Shown here: positions 46,913 to 57,389 of the stretch, one piece after another
How positions within the stretch are numbered: position 1 is the stretch's first letter
How the letters are laid out: each line of letters begins with the position of its first letter
NCBI GenBank assembly: GCA_963837395.1
Contig: CAWINI010000003.1
Span: 771,805-835,804 of the forward strand
Length of the DNA stretch: 64,000 nt
From: an uncultured bacterium
GTDB taxonomy: Bacteria > Acidobacteriota > HRBIN11 > JAKEFK01
Direction of reading: 5' to 3'
Notes under the pieces: generated by a model
Told to the model about the DNA's origin: nothing
The model's input: the letters and a program-made list of their open reading frames with translations, nothing else
The model's database searches: none
Position numbers and translations under genes: made by a program

Positions 46913-48877
46913 ATGAGATTTTTGATTCGAAACTGTTTCTATCTATTGCTCTTACTTCCTGGACTGCTGTCAGCTCAAGGAAAGTATGATCTATGGTTAA
47001 AGAACGAAGGATATTACCTGCTAACTCCTCAAGAGAAGGAAAAATTCCGGGTAATGAATGATGAGACAAAGGAGTTATACGTCCGCAATCTCTGGGCCTC
47101 ACTCGATACAAATCCGCTTACGACTGAAAATGAATATCAAATCGAATACATGAAACGGTTTGAATATGCCAAGCGGCATTATGGAATTCCATCGGATCGC
47201 GCCAAAATTTACCTCCTCCTGGGCAAACCAAATTCGGTGGAAAGCCATTCAAACGATGATAAATATTTTCCACTTGAGCTCTGGTCTTATTTCAGCCTGG
47301 GTTATCCCGGATTGCCTCCTTCGTTGGATTTAATTTTCTTCAAACGGTTTGGTACCGGCGATTACCGACTGTACAGTCCGATATTTGACGGTATGAAGTC
47401 ATTAACGCCTTCGAATGTCGATTTTGATAGCCCGAGAATGCAGGCGCAAATGAAAGCATATTTTGATCCACAAATAATCGAAGCCGCAACAAAGATGTCC
47501 ACTGGCTCATCACCTTCCGAATCCGAAACGATCCGCATGGTCCTGACTGATCCCAATGCAATCCGCCGGATCGAAAAGAAACGTCCGACTGTTGAAACAA
47601 CAATCGTCTATGAAGGATTCGAAGCAGATATCACGGCATACTCGGTGCCGGATCGTGAAGGCGTTTATCGAACCAGTATCGCCATTGCAATTCCACCCAA
47701 GTATGTTTCATTTGAAAAAAATGAAGAGGCGATTTACCAGGGCCGCGTGGATATGATCGGTTCAATTGTTGATGAAAAGAAAAATGAGATTGTTCGCATC
47801 AACGATAGCCCTGCATTAAAGATGAATGAAGATGAATTTACCAAAGCGCAATCTTATCTTTTCTGTTATGTCTTTGACACTTATCTGCTACCTGGGAAAT
47901 ACACATTAAACTCACTGTTCCGTGACTATGTATCCAATCGGGCAGGAAAATTAGAACGCACTTTTGAAGTCAAAGCGGAAAGCACTCAACTGGAAATGCT
48001 TCCGCCTCTGATTTCCTATAAAGCCGTTACTGCTGAAGGTGGGGAAAAACCATTTCAATATGCAAATCTACAATTCATGCCGAAAGAAAATTCAACTTTA
48101 AATAATGATCAATGGCTATTCCTGTACACAAAGATTTTGAATCCGGCGAGCGACTCATTGGATGGATCGTGGGAATTAAAATTTGGTTTAAAGAAAGATG
48201 GGCAGAACGTATTGGAGTTAAGTGAAGCGGTTCCGATTGCAGGATCTCAACCCGAGATTAATGTAATGCGCAAGATGAAACTGCAGTCATTGGTGCCAGG
48301 CGCATATAGTGCATTTATGCGATTATCAAAAGGTGGGATTACGCTTGAAAATGAATCGCCGTTGCGAATTGGTGCGACCGAAGAAGTGCTTGGACGTTTA
48401 CGAATTCTGCCACAATCAGCAAATACACCAGCCGCCTATCATACAAATATTGCTCTTCAGTTTTTTCTGCAAAACGATTATGTCAATGCGGCGCGCCATG
48501 CACGGATTTCAATTGATTTAGATCCAACATCTTATGCAGCACGCAGTTTGATTGCCAGGATCGAAAAAGCCAAAGGTAATACCGAAAATGCAATTGCATC
48601 ATACGAGAAATTAGTACAGGAATCTCCAACTGATAGCGAAGGCTACTACTATATTGGTAAATGGGCGCTGGAAGAAAAGCAGGCTCAGAAAGCATCTCAA
48701 ATGTTGAAGAAAGCGCTCGATCTTGGCCTTTATTCCACCGATCTTCTGAATAATCTCGCATCGGCAGAGCTGCAACTGGGTAACACTCAGGTTGCCGTAG
48801 ACTACTGGAAAAAATCTCTGGCATTGGATTCGAAACAACCGGAGATTGAAAATCTGCTCAGCCAGCATAAGCAATAA
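46913..48877 (+). CDS. GWxTD-domain protein (degenerate motif) with C-terminal TPRs
   Basis: Signal peptide; LLTPQEKEKF...LW..LDTNP.T.ENEY..EY..R..YA...GIPSDRAKIYLLLGKP; TPR tail. Confidence 0.8.
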   Translation: MRFLIRNCFYLLLLLPGLLSAQGKYDLWLKNEGYYLLTPQEKEKFRVMNDETKELYVRNLWASLDTNPLTTENEYQIEYMKRFEYAKRHYGIPSDRAKIYLLLGKPNSVESHSNDDKYFPLELWSYFSLGYPGLPPSLDLIFFKRFGTGDYRLYSPIFDGMKSLTPSNVDFDSPRMQAQMKAYFDPQIIEAATKMSTGSSPSESETIRMVLTDPNAIRRIEKKRPTVETTIVYEGFEADITAYSVPDREGVYRTSIAIAIPPKYVSFEKNEEAIYQGRVDMIGSIVDEKKNEIVRINDSPALKMNEDEFTKAQSYLFCYVFDTYLLPGKYTLNSLFRDYVSNRAGKLERTFEVKAESTQLEMLPPLISYKAVTAEGGEKPFQYANLQFMPKENSTLNNDQWLFLYTKILNPASDSLDGSWELKFGLKKDGQNVLELSEAVPIAGSQPEINVMRKMKLQSLVPGAYSAFMRLSKGGITLENESPLRIGATEEVLGRLRILPQSANTPAAYHTNIALQFFLQNDYVNAARHARISIDLDPTSYAARSLIARIEKAKGNTENAIASYEKLVQESPTDSEGYYYIGKWALEEKQAQKASQMLKKALDLGLYSTDLLNNLASAELQLGNTQVAVDYWKKSLALDSKQPEIENLLSQHKQ

Positions 48878-48881
48878 GTAG

Positions 48882-48951
48882 TCACGGAAACACGGAATTC
48901 ACGGAAATAATTTTTATTGATTCTTTCAGTGCCTTCCGTGTTTCTGTGATT
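48882..48951 (+). repeat. Empty (gene-less) copy of the GxxExxY inverted-repeat element
   Basis: TCACGGAAACACGGAATTCACGGAAA-N16-TTTCAGTGCCTTCCGTGTTTCTGTGATT; the right arm differs from the 5566-5593 arm at only 2 of 28 positions. Confidence 0.85.
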
Positions 48952-48968
48952 CAAGAACGGGTTATCAT

Positions 48969-50705
48969 ATGACGATGAATTCGACGCTTAAGTCTCTGAT
49001 CGCTCAGATCAAGGAATTCAGAAAAGAGTGGATCCTTGCCGTTTTGAGCATGATTGGAGTGGCGATATTCACATCGCAACTGACACTGCTAGTCAAGCAC
49101 ATCCTGGATGATGTCTTGATCCAGCTAAAACCTGATGCTCTGCCGCGGGTTTCCATTTTGCTGTTGCTGTTTTATACCGGCAAAGGAATTTTCTCATTCA
49201 CGTCTTCATATTTAATGACTGCGATCGGATTAAAGATCGTTCGTAATCTTCGCAATCGTTTGTACCATCACATCATTTACCAATCTCTTACATTTTTTTC
49301 TTCAGAAAAAACTGGTGATCTCACAGCGCGAGTAGTTAGCGATACAGATCGGATTCAAGAAGCAGTTTCAAAAGCGCTGGCCGATTTAGTGAAAGAAACG
49401 TTTACTCTGGTTGGATTGTTGATCGTGGTTTTCTATATCGATTGGAAATTAGCACTGATTTCCTTCACATTGTTTCCGCTGGTTGTTTATCCAATCACGA
49501 GATTTTCAGGACGCTTGCGTCAGGCCAGCAGAATATCTCAGGAAAGCATCAGCAAGTTGTCGCAGATTCTTGTTGAATCAATCACCGGGACACGAATCGT
49601 CCAGGCATATCAAATGGAAGAACGTGAATCGGAAAAATTTAATCAAACAAGCCAGCAACTTTTGAATGAAGGACTGCGTGCCACAAAAATTGTTTCGTTT
49701 CTTTCACCGTTTATGGAACTGCTAAGCGGCATAGCTGCTGTTGTGGTGATGTGGTATGGCAGCCGTCAAATTCAAGCCGGACATTTAACTGCAGGAGATT
49801 TTACAGCATTCCTTTCTGCTTTGTTTTTTATGTATACACCGATCAAGAAACTGAGCAAAGCGAATCAAACAATTCAACAAGCAGTTGCAAGCTATGAAAG
49901 AGTTCAATCCATTTTGATTCGCAACGAACGTATTTTGGAACAACCCGGAGCAAAGGATTTACCGCATGTAAGTCATTCGATTGAAATCAAAGATGTTTCA
50001 TTCAGTTATCATGACATCCCGGTGCTTACTGATATTGATTTTTCGGTTCGTGGCGGAGAAGTGATTGCGCTGGTCGGTCCTAGCGGCGCCGGCAAAACGA
50101 CATTGGTAAATTTGTTGCCTCGCCTTTATGACGTAACTTCGGGTTCGATTCTCATGGATGGCCATGATGTAAGAAACGTAACTTTGAATTCGCTGCGATC
50201 TCAAATCGGGCTTGTTTCGCAGGAAATCATTTTGTTTGATGACACTGTTGCAGCCAACATCGCATGCGGACAACCTGATGCCCTGCAGGATGAAATTGAA
50301 GAAGCAGCGCGCGCAGCTTATGCCCACGATTTTATTTCAATGCTGCCAAATGGATATTCAACACAGATCGGCGAACGCGGACATCGCCTTTCTGGCGGCC
50401 AACGCCAACGGATTGCGCTGGCTCGTGCAATTCTCCGCAACCCTGCAATATTGATTCTGGATGAAGCCACATCCGAATTGGATGCTGAATCTGAAATTGC
50501 AATTCAAAAAGCGCTTGAAAATATGCTGAAAAATCGAATCACATTTATTGTGGCTCATCGTCTTTCAACAATCCGTAAAGCAGATAAAATCATCGTACTG
50601 GAACATGGACGTATTCAAGAAATAGGAACACATGAAGATTTATTGGATTCGAAAGGGTTATATCGAAAGTTTCATGAGCTTCAATACGGCATCATCGATC
50701 TGTGA
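48969..50705 (+). CDS. msbA: MsbA-like ABC exporter (fused TMD-NBD)
   Basis: Six TM helices; Walker A GPSGAGKT; LSGGQRQR signature; ILDEATS; the substrate is an inference. Confidence 0.8.
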   Translation: MTMNSTLKSLIAQIKEFRKEWILAVLSMIGVAIFTSQLTLLVKHILDDVLIQLKPDALPRVSILLLLFYTGKGIFSFTSSYLMTAIGLKIVRNLRNRLYHHIIYQSLTFFSSEKTGDLTARVVSDTDRIQEAVSKALADLVKETFTLVGLLIVVFYIDWKLALISFTLFPLVVYPITRFSGRLRQASRISQESISKLSQILVESITGTRIVQAYQMEERESEKFNQTSQQLLNEGLRATKIVSFLSPFMELLSGIAAVVVMWYGSRQIQAGHLTAGDFTAFLSALFFMYTPIKKLSKANQTIQQAVASYERVQSILIRNERILEQPGAKDLPHVSHSIEIKDVSFSYHDIPVLTDIDFSVRGGEVIALVGPSGAGKTTLVNLLPRLYDVTSGSILMDGHDVRNVTLNSLRSQIGLVSQEIILFDDTVAANIACGQPDALQDEIEEAARAAYAHDFISMLPNGYSTQIGERGHRLSGGQRQRIALARAILRNPAILILDEATSELDAESEIAIQKALENMLKNRITFIVAHRLSTIRKADKIIVLEHGRIQEIGTHEDLLDSKGLYRKFHELQYGIIDL

Positions 50706-50735
50706 TTCTCAGCAACTCTGTGGTAAAAGAGAACC

Positions 50736-51617
50736 ATGATTCGAAGCATGACGGCTTTTGCCAAAAGCAGTTACGAAGGAAAAGAATTTACGCTGGATGT
50801 TTTCATCCGCTCTTACAACCACCGCTTTCTTGACATCAATTTAAAGCTACCCGTTGAATTGATGACAATTGAAGGTGAACTCCGAAGCTTGATCGGACGC
50901 CATCTTTCGCGTGGGCGTGTTGAAATGACGTTACGTACAACATTTCTCAAAGAAGGAATTTATCACGTCATAGTGAATCGCGGCCTTGTTGGAAGATTAA
51001 TTACCGAAATGAAAACAATTCAGGAGGATTTTGGCGTTCCCGGTGAAATCGATCTTGCCGCCGTTTTAAGAATTCCAGGATTGATTGAAGTTCAAACCGA
51101 TGTTCAAAAAATCAGCCGCGAAGTCCTGGATGAAATCAAAACCATTGTTGAAACTTGTTTAAAATCGCTGGTTCAAATGAGACTTCAAGAAGGACAAATT
51201 ATAGAACGCGACCTTCGTGAGCGTTTGAATTCACTTCGCAAAATGGTGGAACATGTTGAACAAAATGCGAAGGAATATCCGGTATTGATTCGAAAGAGCA
51301 TTGAGGAAAAGATTAAAGAAATTTTGAATGGTCAAAATGTTGATATTAACCGCCTTTTTCAAGAAGTTGCTTACTATGCAGAACGTTCTGATGTAACCGA
51401 AGAGCTCGTCCGCCTTCGCAGTCACATTTCACAATGTGAAACGTTGTTTCAAAAAGAGGATACCGCAGGAAGAAAGCTCGATTTTCTGCTTCAGGAAATA
51501 CTGAGAGAAATTAATACCATCGGATCAAAATGCGATTTACTTCCTATATCGCAGACAGTCATAGAAATGAAAACTGAAGTGGAAAAGATTCGGGAGCAAA
51601 GCCAGAACGTCGAATAA
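50736..51617 (+). CDS. yicC: YicC/YloC family endoribonuclease
   Basis: MIRSMTAF, SYNHRFLD, RSDVTEELVRL, GRKLDFLLQE and EKIREQSQNVE motifs. Confidence 0.93.
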   Translation: MIRSMTAFAKSSYEGKEFTLDVFIRSYNHRFLDINLKLPVELMTIEGELRSLIGRHLSRGRVEMTLRTTFLKEGIYHVIVNRGLVGRLITEMKTIQEDFGVPGEIDLAAVLRIPGLIEVQTDVQKISREVLDEIKTIVETCLKSLVQMRLQEGQIIERDLRERLNSLRKMVEHVEQNAKEYPVLIRKSIEEKIKEILNGQNVDINRLFQEVAYYAERSDVTEELVRLRSHISQCETLFQKEDTAGRKLDFLLQEILREINTIGSKCDLLPISQTVIEMKTEVEKIREQSQNVE

Positions 51618-51669
51618 TCCTGAAATTTCGCCAAAAAGCCACCATCTCTCATCTTTCCTTTAATTTTCA

Positions 51670-51698
51670 TTGATTTCTAGTCAAATTCTCGCTATCTT
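51670..51698 (+). promoter_or_regulatory. Putative promoter for remA-gmk
   Basis: TTGATT-N17-TATCTT. Confidence 0.45.
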
Positions 51699-51725
51699 AG
51701 TAATTATCAGGCAGAACCTCAAATT

Positions 51726-51827
51726 GTAGGGGCGAGCATTTTTCCCGAACAGCAAGGTCATCCGGATGTTAGCGAGATAAAATTGCTTAATGTCCTCTGC
51801 TCAACGGTAAAAATGCTCTGCCCCTAC
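51726..51827. repeat. GTAG-type REP doublet (REPIN-like)
   Basis: GTAGGGGCGAGCATTTTT-N65-AAAAATGCTCTGCCCCTAC. Confidence 0.75.
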
Positions 51828-51841
51828 TGAAAAAATCTCAT

Positions 51842-52132
51842 ATGCGTGAATTGCTGAATATTGGATTTGGCCATACTGTTATTTCATCGCGAATTATTGC
51901 CATCGTTTCTCCAAAATCTGCACCGATTAAGCGTCTAAAGGAAGAGGCGCGTCAAAATGGAAAATTGGTGGATGCAACCTCAGGACGTCAAACGCGTGCA
52001 GTAGTTGTAACCGATAGCGGTCATGTTGTGCTTTCCGCGGTAATGCCTTCCACATTACTGGCCCGTCTTGAAGAGCGTGAGGAGGAAGAAATCAGAAACG
52101 AAGTTGAAGAAGATGAAGAAACAGAGAAATAA
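51842..52132 (+). CDS. remA: RemA/DUF370 family regulator in its canonical position
   Basis: [17 protein letters not shown] and [25 protein letters not shown] motifs; lies between yicC and gmk, as in Bacillus. Confidence 0.9.
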   Translation: MRELLNIGFGHTVISSRIIAIVSPKSAPIKRLKEEARQNGKLVDATSGRQTRAVVVTDSGHVVLSAVMPSTLLARLEEREEEEIRNEVEEDEETEK

Positions 52133-52757
52133 TGTCTTCATCATCTCTGCCCCATCTGGCAGCGGCAAAACAACTCTGATTGATTTGTTACTTAAGGAAA
52201 ATCCTTCCCTGTCATTTTCGATTTCACACACTACACGGCCGCCACGACCCGGAGAGCGTGATGGTGTTGAATACTTTTTTGTGAGTGAACAAAAGTTCGA
52301 ACAAATGATCCGCGAAGAGCGATTCGTGGAATGGGCTGAAGTTCATGGACATTTTTATGGAACATCTCGCGAGATGTTAGTTCAACCTGAAAAGGACAGT
52401 CGGGATGTAATCCTGGACATTGATGTTCAAGGTGCAGCTCAGGTTCGGCAAAAAATGCCGGAAGCAATTAGCATTTTCATACTTCCACCCTCTTATGAAG
52501 CATTGAAAACTAGATTGCTGACACGTCAAAAAGATAAAGAAGAAGTCATGTTGAAACGATTAGAAAATGCGCGAAAGGAAATCCGCAGATATTCCGAATT
52601 TGACTACATCATTATTAATGATGATCTGAAAACTGCCTCAAACAGCCTTTCATCGATTATCCATAGCTCTAACTCATTGAGAGACAAGCAGATTGATCGC
52701 ATTGAGGCCATCTTAAAAAGCTTTGAAGAGGCCGAAAAGCAGGACAATTCGGATTGA
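52113..52757 (+). CDS. gmk: Guanylate kinase; start reassigned to 52113
   Basis: [35 protein letters not shown] and ILDIDVQGA motifs. Confidence 0.96.
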   Translation: MKKQRNNVFIISAPSGSGKTTLIDLLLKENPSLSFSISHTTRPPRPGERDGVEYFFVSEQKFEQMIREERFVEWAEVHGHFYGTSREMLVQPEKDSRDVILDIDVQGAAQVRQKMPEAISIFILPPSYEALKTRLLTRQKDKEEVMLKRLENARKEIRRYSEFDYIIINDDLKTASNSLSSIIHSSNSLRDKQIDRIEAILKSFEEAEKQDNSD

Positions 52758-52806
52758 CGAGCGTATAATGAGAGTCCTATTTTTAGCACTGGAGTAAAAA
52801 AAGTAT

Positions 52807-53025
52807 ATGGATTTCATTACTAGAGTTTCGTTAGATCAAGTCGATAACCGATTTTTATTTGTGATGATTGCGGCAAAACGTGCGCTTCAACTGCAAAGAG
52901 GAGCAAAGCCTCGCTCTGATGTTGGTATCAGAAAACCAACCGTGGTTGCGATGCTCGAAACGTTGGAACACAAAGTCAGTTACGAACTTGCGGATAAGCC
53001 GAAAGAGAAAAAATCTCGGAAATAA
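52807..53025 (+). CDS. rpoZ: RNA polymerase omega subunit
   Basis: VDNRFLFVMIAAKRALQL; follows gmk. Confidence 0.9.
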   Translation: MDFITRVSLDQVDNRFLFVMIAAKRALQLQRGAKPRSDVGIRKPTVVAMLETLEHKVSYELADKPKEKKSRK

Positions 53026-53027
53026 CT

Positions 53028-54240
53028 TTGATCGTCACTCTTGGTGTTGGCAGTTCAATTTCCTCTTACAAAGCTGCTGAAATTCTTCGCCTTTTACAAA
53101 AAGCAGGACACACCGTTCGCGTCGCAATGACACGTAATGCAACCCGCTTTGTGCGACCAGTTACGTTTTCGAGTTTAAGTCAGCATCCTGTTTACCTCGA
53201 TGAATTCAAAGCTCGAAACGGCGAAGTCATGCATGTGGAATTGGCCCGTCAAACTCAGTTGTTGTTAATTGCACCAGCAACGGCAAATTTGATTGGAAAG
53301 TTTGCATCAGGAATAGCCGACGATTTTTTGACCACATTGTTTTTAGCAAGAAGATGTCCGGTTTTGATTGCGCCTGCGATGAATGTTTACATGTATCGCA
53401 ATCCGATCGTTCAAGAAAATATCGCGAAGCTGCGCTCCATCGGAGTGCAATTTGTGGAACCGGATGAAGGTTATCTGGCATGTGGTGATGAAGGAGCAGG
53501 ACGCCTGGCACCAGTTGAGGAAATTGCAGATCGTGCACTGATGATGTTGAAGCTATCGGCATCATTAGCAGGAAAACATGTTGTAGTAAGCGCCGGACCA
53601 ACGTGGGAATCTCTTGATCCAGTGAGAATCTTAACCAACAGATCCTCAGGAAAAATGGGATATGCATTTGCGGAAGAAGCAGTCATGAGGGGCGCGCATG
53701 TAACCTTGATAAGCGGTTGCAACTCAAATTCTGCCGCCGTTGGGTGTAGATTTAATTCGCGTTGAATCTGCGCGAGAGATGCGTGATGCAATTCTAGATG
53801 TTTTTCCAAGCGCTGATTATGTCATTAAGAGTGCAGCAGTTTCCGATTTTACTCCTGCCGAAACTTTGCCTGAAAAGAAAAAGAAATCGGGAAAATCAGA
53901 AACTCTTACATTAAATCCAACAGATGATATCCTTGCACTCTTGGCGAATAAAAGAGAAAATCAGATTCTGGTTGGTTTTTGCGCTGAAACAGAAAATCTT
54001 GAAAAAAATGCGCAAGAAAAATTAGCCAGAAAAAAACTGGATTTGATTATTGCAAATCGCGTTGGCGGAGAACACAGCCCGTTTCAATCCGATCAAAATG
54101 AAGTTCTAGTTTTAGACCGGCTTGGAAATAAAAATAATTTTGACCGCCAGGAAAAACGCGTTCTTGCTTGCAGGATTTGGGAAATTATCATTGAGCGAAC
54201 AGCACAACTCAAAAGCCATCCAATCGTCAGTCACGCCTGA
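53028..54240 (+). CDS. coaBC: Bifunctional CoaBC; one extra T near 53717, probably an artefact
   Basis: PATANLIGK, PAMNVYMY, LACGDEGAGR, AGPTWESLDPVR and SNR/TNRSSGKMG-type motif; removing one T joins the frames (ISGATQILPPLGVDLI). Confidence 0.93.
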
Positions 54241-54911
54241 TGAAGCTCTAGCAAATCTACTCGATCTTTTCCGCGATTTAGGAATTACAGATTTTTATAT
54301 TCCGCCAGGTCAGGCAGATCCTATTTCCGTTCTTGAAATTTCTCAAAATTTTGATCAGCTGGAACAATTGCGCACTCAAGAGATTGGCAACTGCACACGA
54401 TGTAAACTTCACAAAGGAAGAAAAACCATAGTTTTCGGCGAGGGAAATCCATCGGCAGAATTAATGCTTGTTGGTGAAGCGCCGGGAGCTGATGAGGATA
54501 TTCAAGGGAAACCGTTTGTTGGGCGCGCTGGACAGCTCTTAATGCAAATGATTAAAGCGATTCAATTCGAACGGAAAGATGTTTTTATCGCAAATGTTTT
54601 GAAATGCCGGCCGCCTGGAAATCGTCCACCAGAACCGGATGAAGTTCATACCTGCTCTCCATTCCTTATGAAGCAGATCGAAATCATAAAACCGAAAGTG
54701 GTTCTGGCTCTTGGTACTTTTTCTGCGCAATTATTGCTGAACTCCAAAACTTCAATTTCATTTTTAAGGAATCGTGTGTATGAGATGCCATTTGCAAAAG
54801 TGATTGCAACATATCATCCGTCATTTCTGCTGCGATCTCCGCAAAAAAAGCCTGAAGCGTGGGACGAGCCTGAAATTGGTCCGCAAAACGCTGCAAGACT
54901 CAGCAGAGTAG
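54191..54911 (+). CDS. udg: Family 4 (Fe-S) uracil-DNA glycosylase; start uncertain; true stop TAG 54909-54911 after removing one base near 54868
   Basis: CTRCKLH, GEAPG, KCRPPGNR and YHPSFLLR motifs; the corrected end reads WDDLKLVRKTLQDSAE*. Confidence 0.88.
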
Positions 54912-54972
54912 CGGAGGGGCTGAGGAGCAGAGGAGTTTGCCCCTCTGCACCCCTGCTCCTCTGCCCCTCTGC
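54903..54972. repeat. Palindromic octamer array (GCNGAGGR)x4 + inverse x4 between udg and priA
   Basis: GCAGAGTA GCGGAGGG GCTGAGGA GCAGAGGA-N6-CCCTCTGC ACCCCTGC TCCTCTGC CCCTCTGC. Confidence 0.85.
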
Positions 54973-55006
54973 AGATTCCAAACAGGAAAAGTTTTCTAAA
55001 GACTCT

Positions 55007-57374
55007 ATGCGTTACGTTCGTGTATCAATTCCAAAATCACCAATTCAGGATTTGACTTATTCGATTCCTGACGATTTTTATCAAATTGAACCTGGAATGC
55101 GAGTTCTGGTTCCGCTCGGTTCGCGTTTTGTGACAGCCTTTGTTGAAAAAGAAGAAGATAAGATTCCTGAAAATATTGCCGTACGTCCAGTTGCAGATTT
55201 ATTGGATCGGCAAAATTTGTTTTCACCGCAAATGCTGGAACTCACTCGCTGGATGTCGGAATATTATTTGGTCGAATGGTCAGACATCCTGAAATCGGCA
55301 TTGCCTCCAGGCTTAGATGTTCGGCCTGAAACCCTGGTAACGATCACCGCTGCTGGTGAATTCAAATCAGGCACACACGCGATCTTGCAATTGCTGAGCG
55401 AGAAAAAAGCGCTGCCTCTAAAAAAACTCTATGAACTTTTTGGCCATGCCGGAACTTATTCTCAACTTCGAGTACTTGAAGAACAAGGACTGTTAGAAGT
55501 TACAGCTGCGCGAAAAGAAAAACGACGCGGCTACAATATGGTGGAATTGATCGGTTCAGCGAATCCTCCCACAAAACCAAAAGAACGTGACGTTTATGAT
55601 TTTTTGCAAAATCGTTCTTCTGCAATTTGGATGGAAGATCTCCGCGGGGAATTCAAAAATGCTCCAACAGTAATTCGATCATTAGCCAGACAAGAAATTG
55701 TTCGGTGTTTCTGGATGCCAGCTTCTCCTCGAAATTTATGGCCGCCTTCCAATCCAGTTAAAGATTTGAATGGTGCACATGACCAGGCACTGCAAAAATT
55801 AAAGGCTTCTTTGGGAACTTTCGGAGTTTTTCTTTTGCACGGAGTAACAGGCTCAGGCAAAACGGAAGTGTATTTACGCATTGCCAAAGAAGTGCTGGAA
55901 CGAGGTCAATCGGTTTTGATCCTGGTGCCTGAAATTGCATTGCTTCCGTTGATCGTTCATCGCACGGAACAATCATTGCGGCAACGGCTTAGCATTTTGC
56001 ATAGTGAATTAACAGAACGCGAACGTGTTGAAGAATGGCAGAAAGCGCGCCGCGGTGAAACGCGGCTGGTCATCGGTACCAGATCAGGAATATTTGCACC
56101 ATTGAAAAATCTCGGATTGATTGTTTTGGATGAAGAACACGATTCATCATTCAAACAAAAAGAATATCCGCGATATCATGCGCGCGAAACCGCAATCATG
56201 CGTGCAAAGTTTGAAGAATGCATCGTACTTTTAGGTTCAGCTACTCCTTCGATTGAATCTTTCTTCAATTCAGGCAAAGGGAAATATCAATATCTTTCCC
56301 TTCCAGGTCGAATTGAAGAAAAGCAACTTCCGGAAGTCCATCTGATTGACATGAAAGAAGAATTCCGGCTTACAGGTGATCCTGTATTTTCAAGATATCT
56401 TCTTGAGGAAATTTCAAAACGGCTGGAACGGAAAGATCAAGTCTTGATTTTGCAGAACCGCCGCGGATATGCATCGTTGTTGATGTGCCGCGAATGTGGA
56501 CACGTCCTGGAATGTCCGAATTGCAGTGTGACTTTGACATATCACAAGAATGCAAATCGGATGCGATGTCATTATTGCGATTATGCGCGTCTTGCACCAT
56601 CGCGATGCGAAGAATGCAACAGCCCGCTGCTGCATCTTTTTGGAAGCGGCACAGAAAAAATTGCAGAGGCCGCTTCAAAAACAATTTCCTGAAGCGCGCA
56701 TCGAACGTTTCGATCGTGACACAACCAGAAAGCGTGGCAGCATTTCGCGAATCCTTTCCGAATTCGCTAAAAAAGAAATCGACATTCTGGTTGGCACACA
56801 AATGCTGGCTAAAGGTCATGATTTTCCGGATGTAACTCTGGTAGGAGTGGTTGGCGCAGATTCATCAATCGGAATTCCGGATTTCCGTTCTTCAGAAAGA
56901 TTATTTCAACTTTTAACTCAAGTAGCCGGACGGAGCGGTCGCGGCCGCGACCGGGGATTAGTAATTCTGCAAACATTTCACCCTGATCACTATGCAATCA
57001 AATGCGCAATCAGTCAGAGTTATGAAGGATTTTATGAAAAAGAAATCCGGTTTCGAAGACTCATGCAATATCCGCCATTTGTTTCACTGGCAAACCTTGT
57101 GTTTTCCGGCAAAGATCCAAGAAAAACTCTGGATGAAGCGCGTGAATTTGCAAAACTGTTGCTTGCTACAAAGACCGAATCAATGCGAACATTAGGACCT
57201 GCAATTGCTACAATTGCCAGGATCGCAGGTTTGCATCGATTTCAAATTCTGGTAAAGAGTCCTTCCCGGAAAGATCTGCGGCACTCGATCCGAGAAGCCA
57301 TTAAACACTATGAAAAGAAAGGCAAACGACATTCGCAATATTCAATCGATATTGATCCAGATTCGATTGTTTAA
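55007..57374 (+). CDS. priA: Primosomal protein N' (PriA); one extra C near 56670, probably an artefact
   Basis: HGVTGSGKTEVY, DEEHDSSFKQ, two CxxC pairs, GTQMLAKGHDFP and QVAGRSGR motifs. Confidence 0.95.
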
Positions 57375-57389
57375 CCACAAAGGCGCAAA

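Noticed and set aside
5615-56671. Eight frameshifts (GxxExxY x2, pilN, amidase, topA, coaBC, udg, priA) as programmed frameshifting, phase variation or genome decay
   Set aside because: They hit essential genes, are 1-2 nt indels mostly at 2-3-nt homopolymers, go in both directions and have no slippery-site or pseudoknot signature. This pattern is typical of unpolished long-read consensus. For GxxExxY alone, true pseudogenisation cannot be excluded.
54122-56692. Apparent 856-aa uracil-DNA glycosylase-PriA fusion in the ORF track
   Set aside because: Removing one base near 54868 restores a normal UDG C-terminus (WDDLKLVRKTLQDSAE*). The supposed linker is the translated octamer hairpin, and PriA has its own ATG at 55007. 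This is most likely an indel error; mapping raw reads would settle it.
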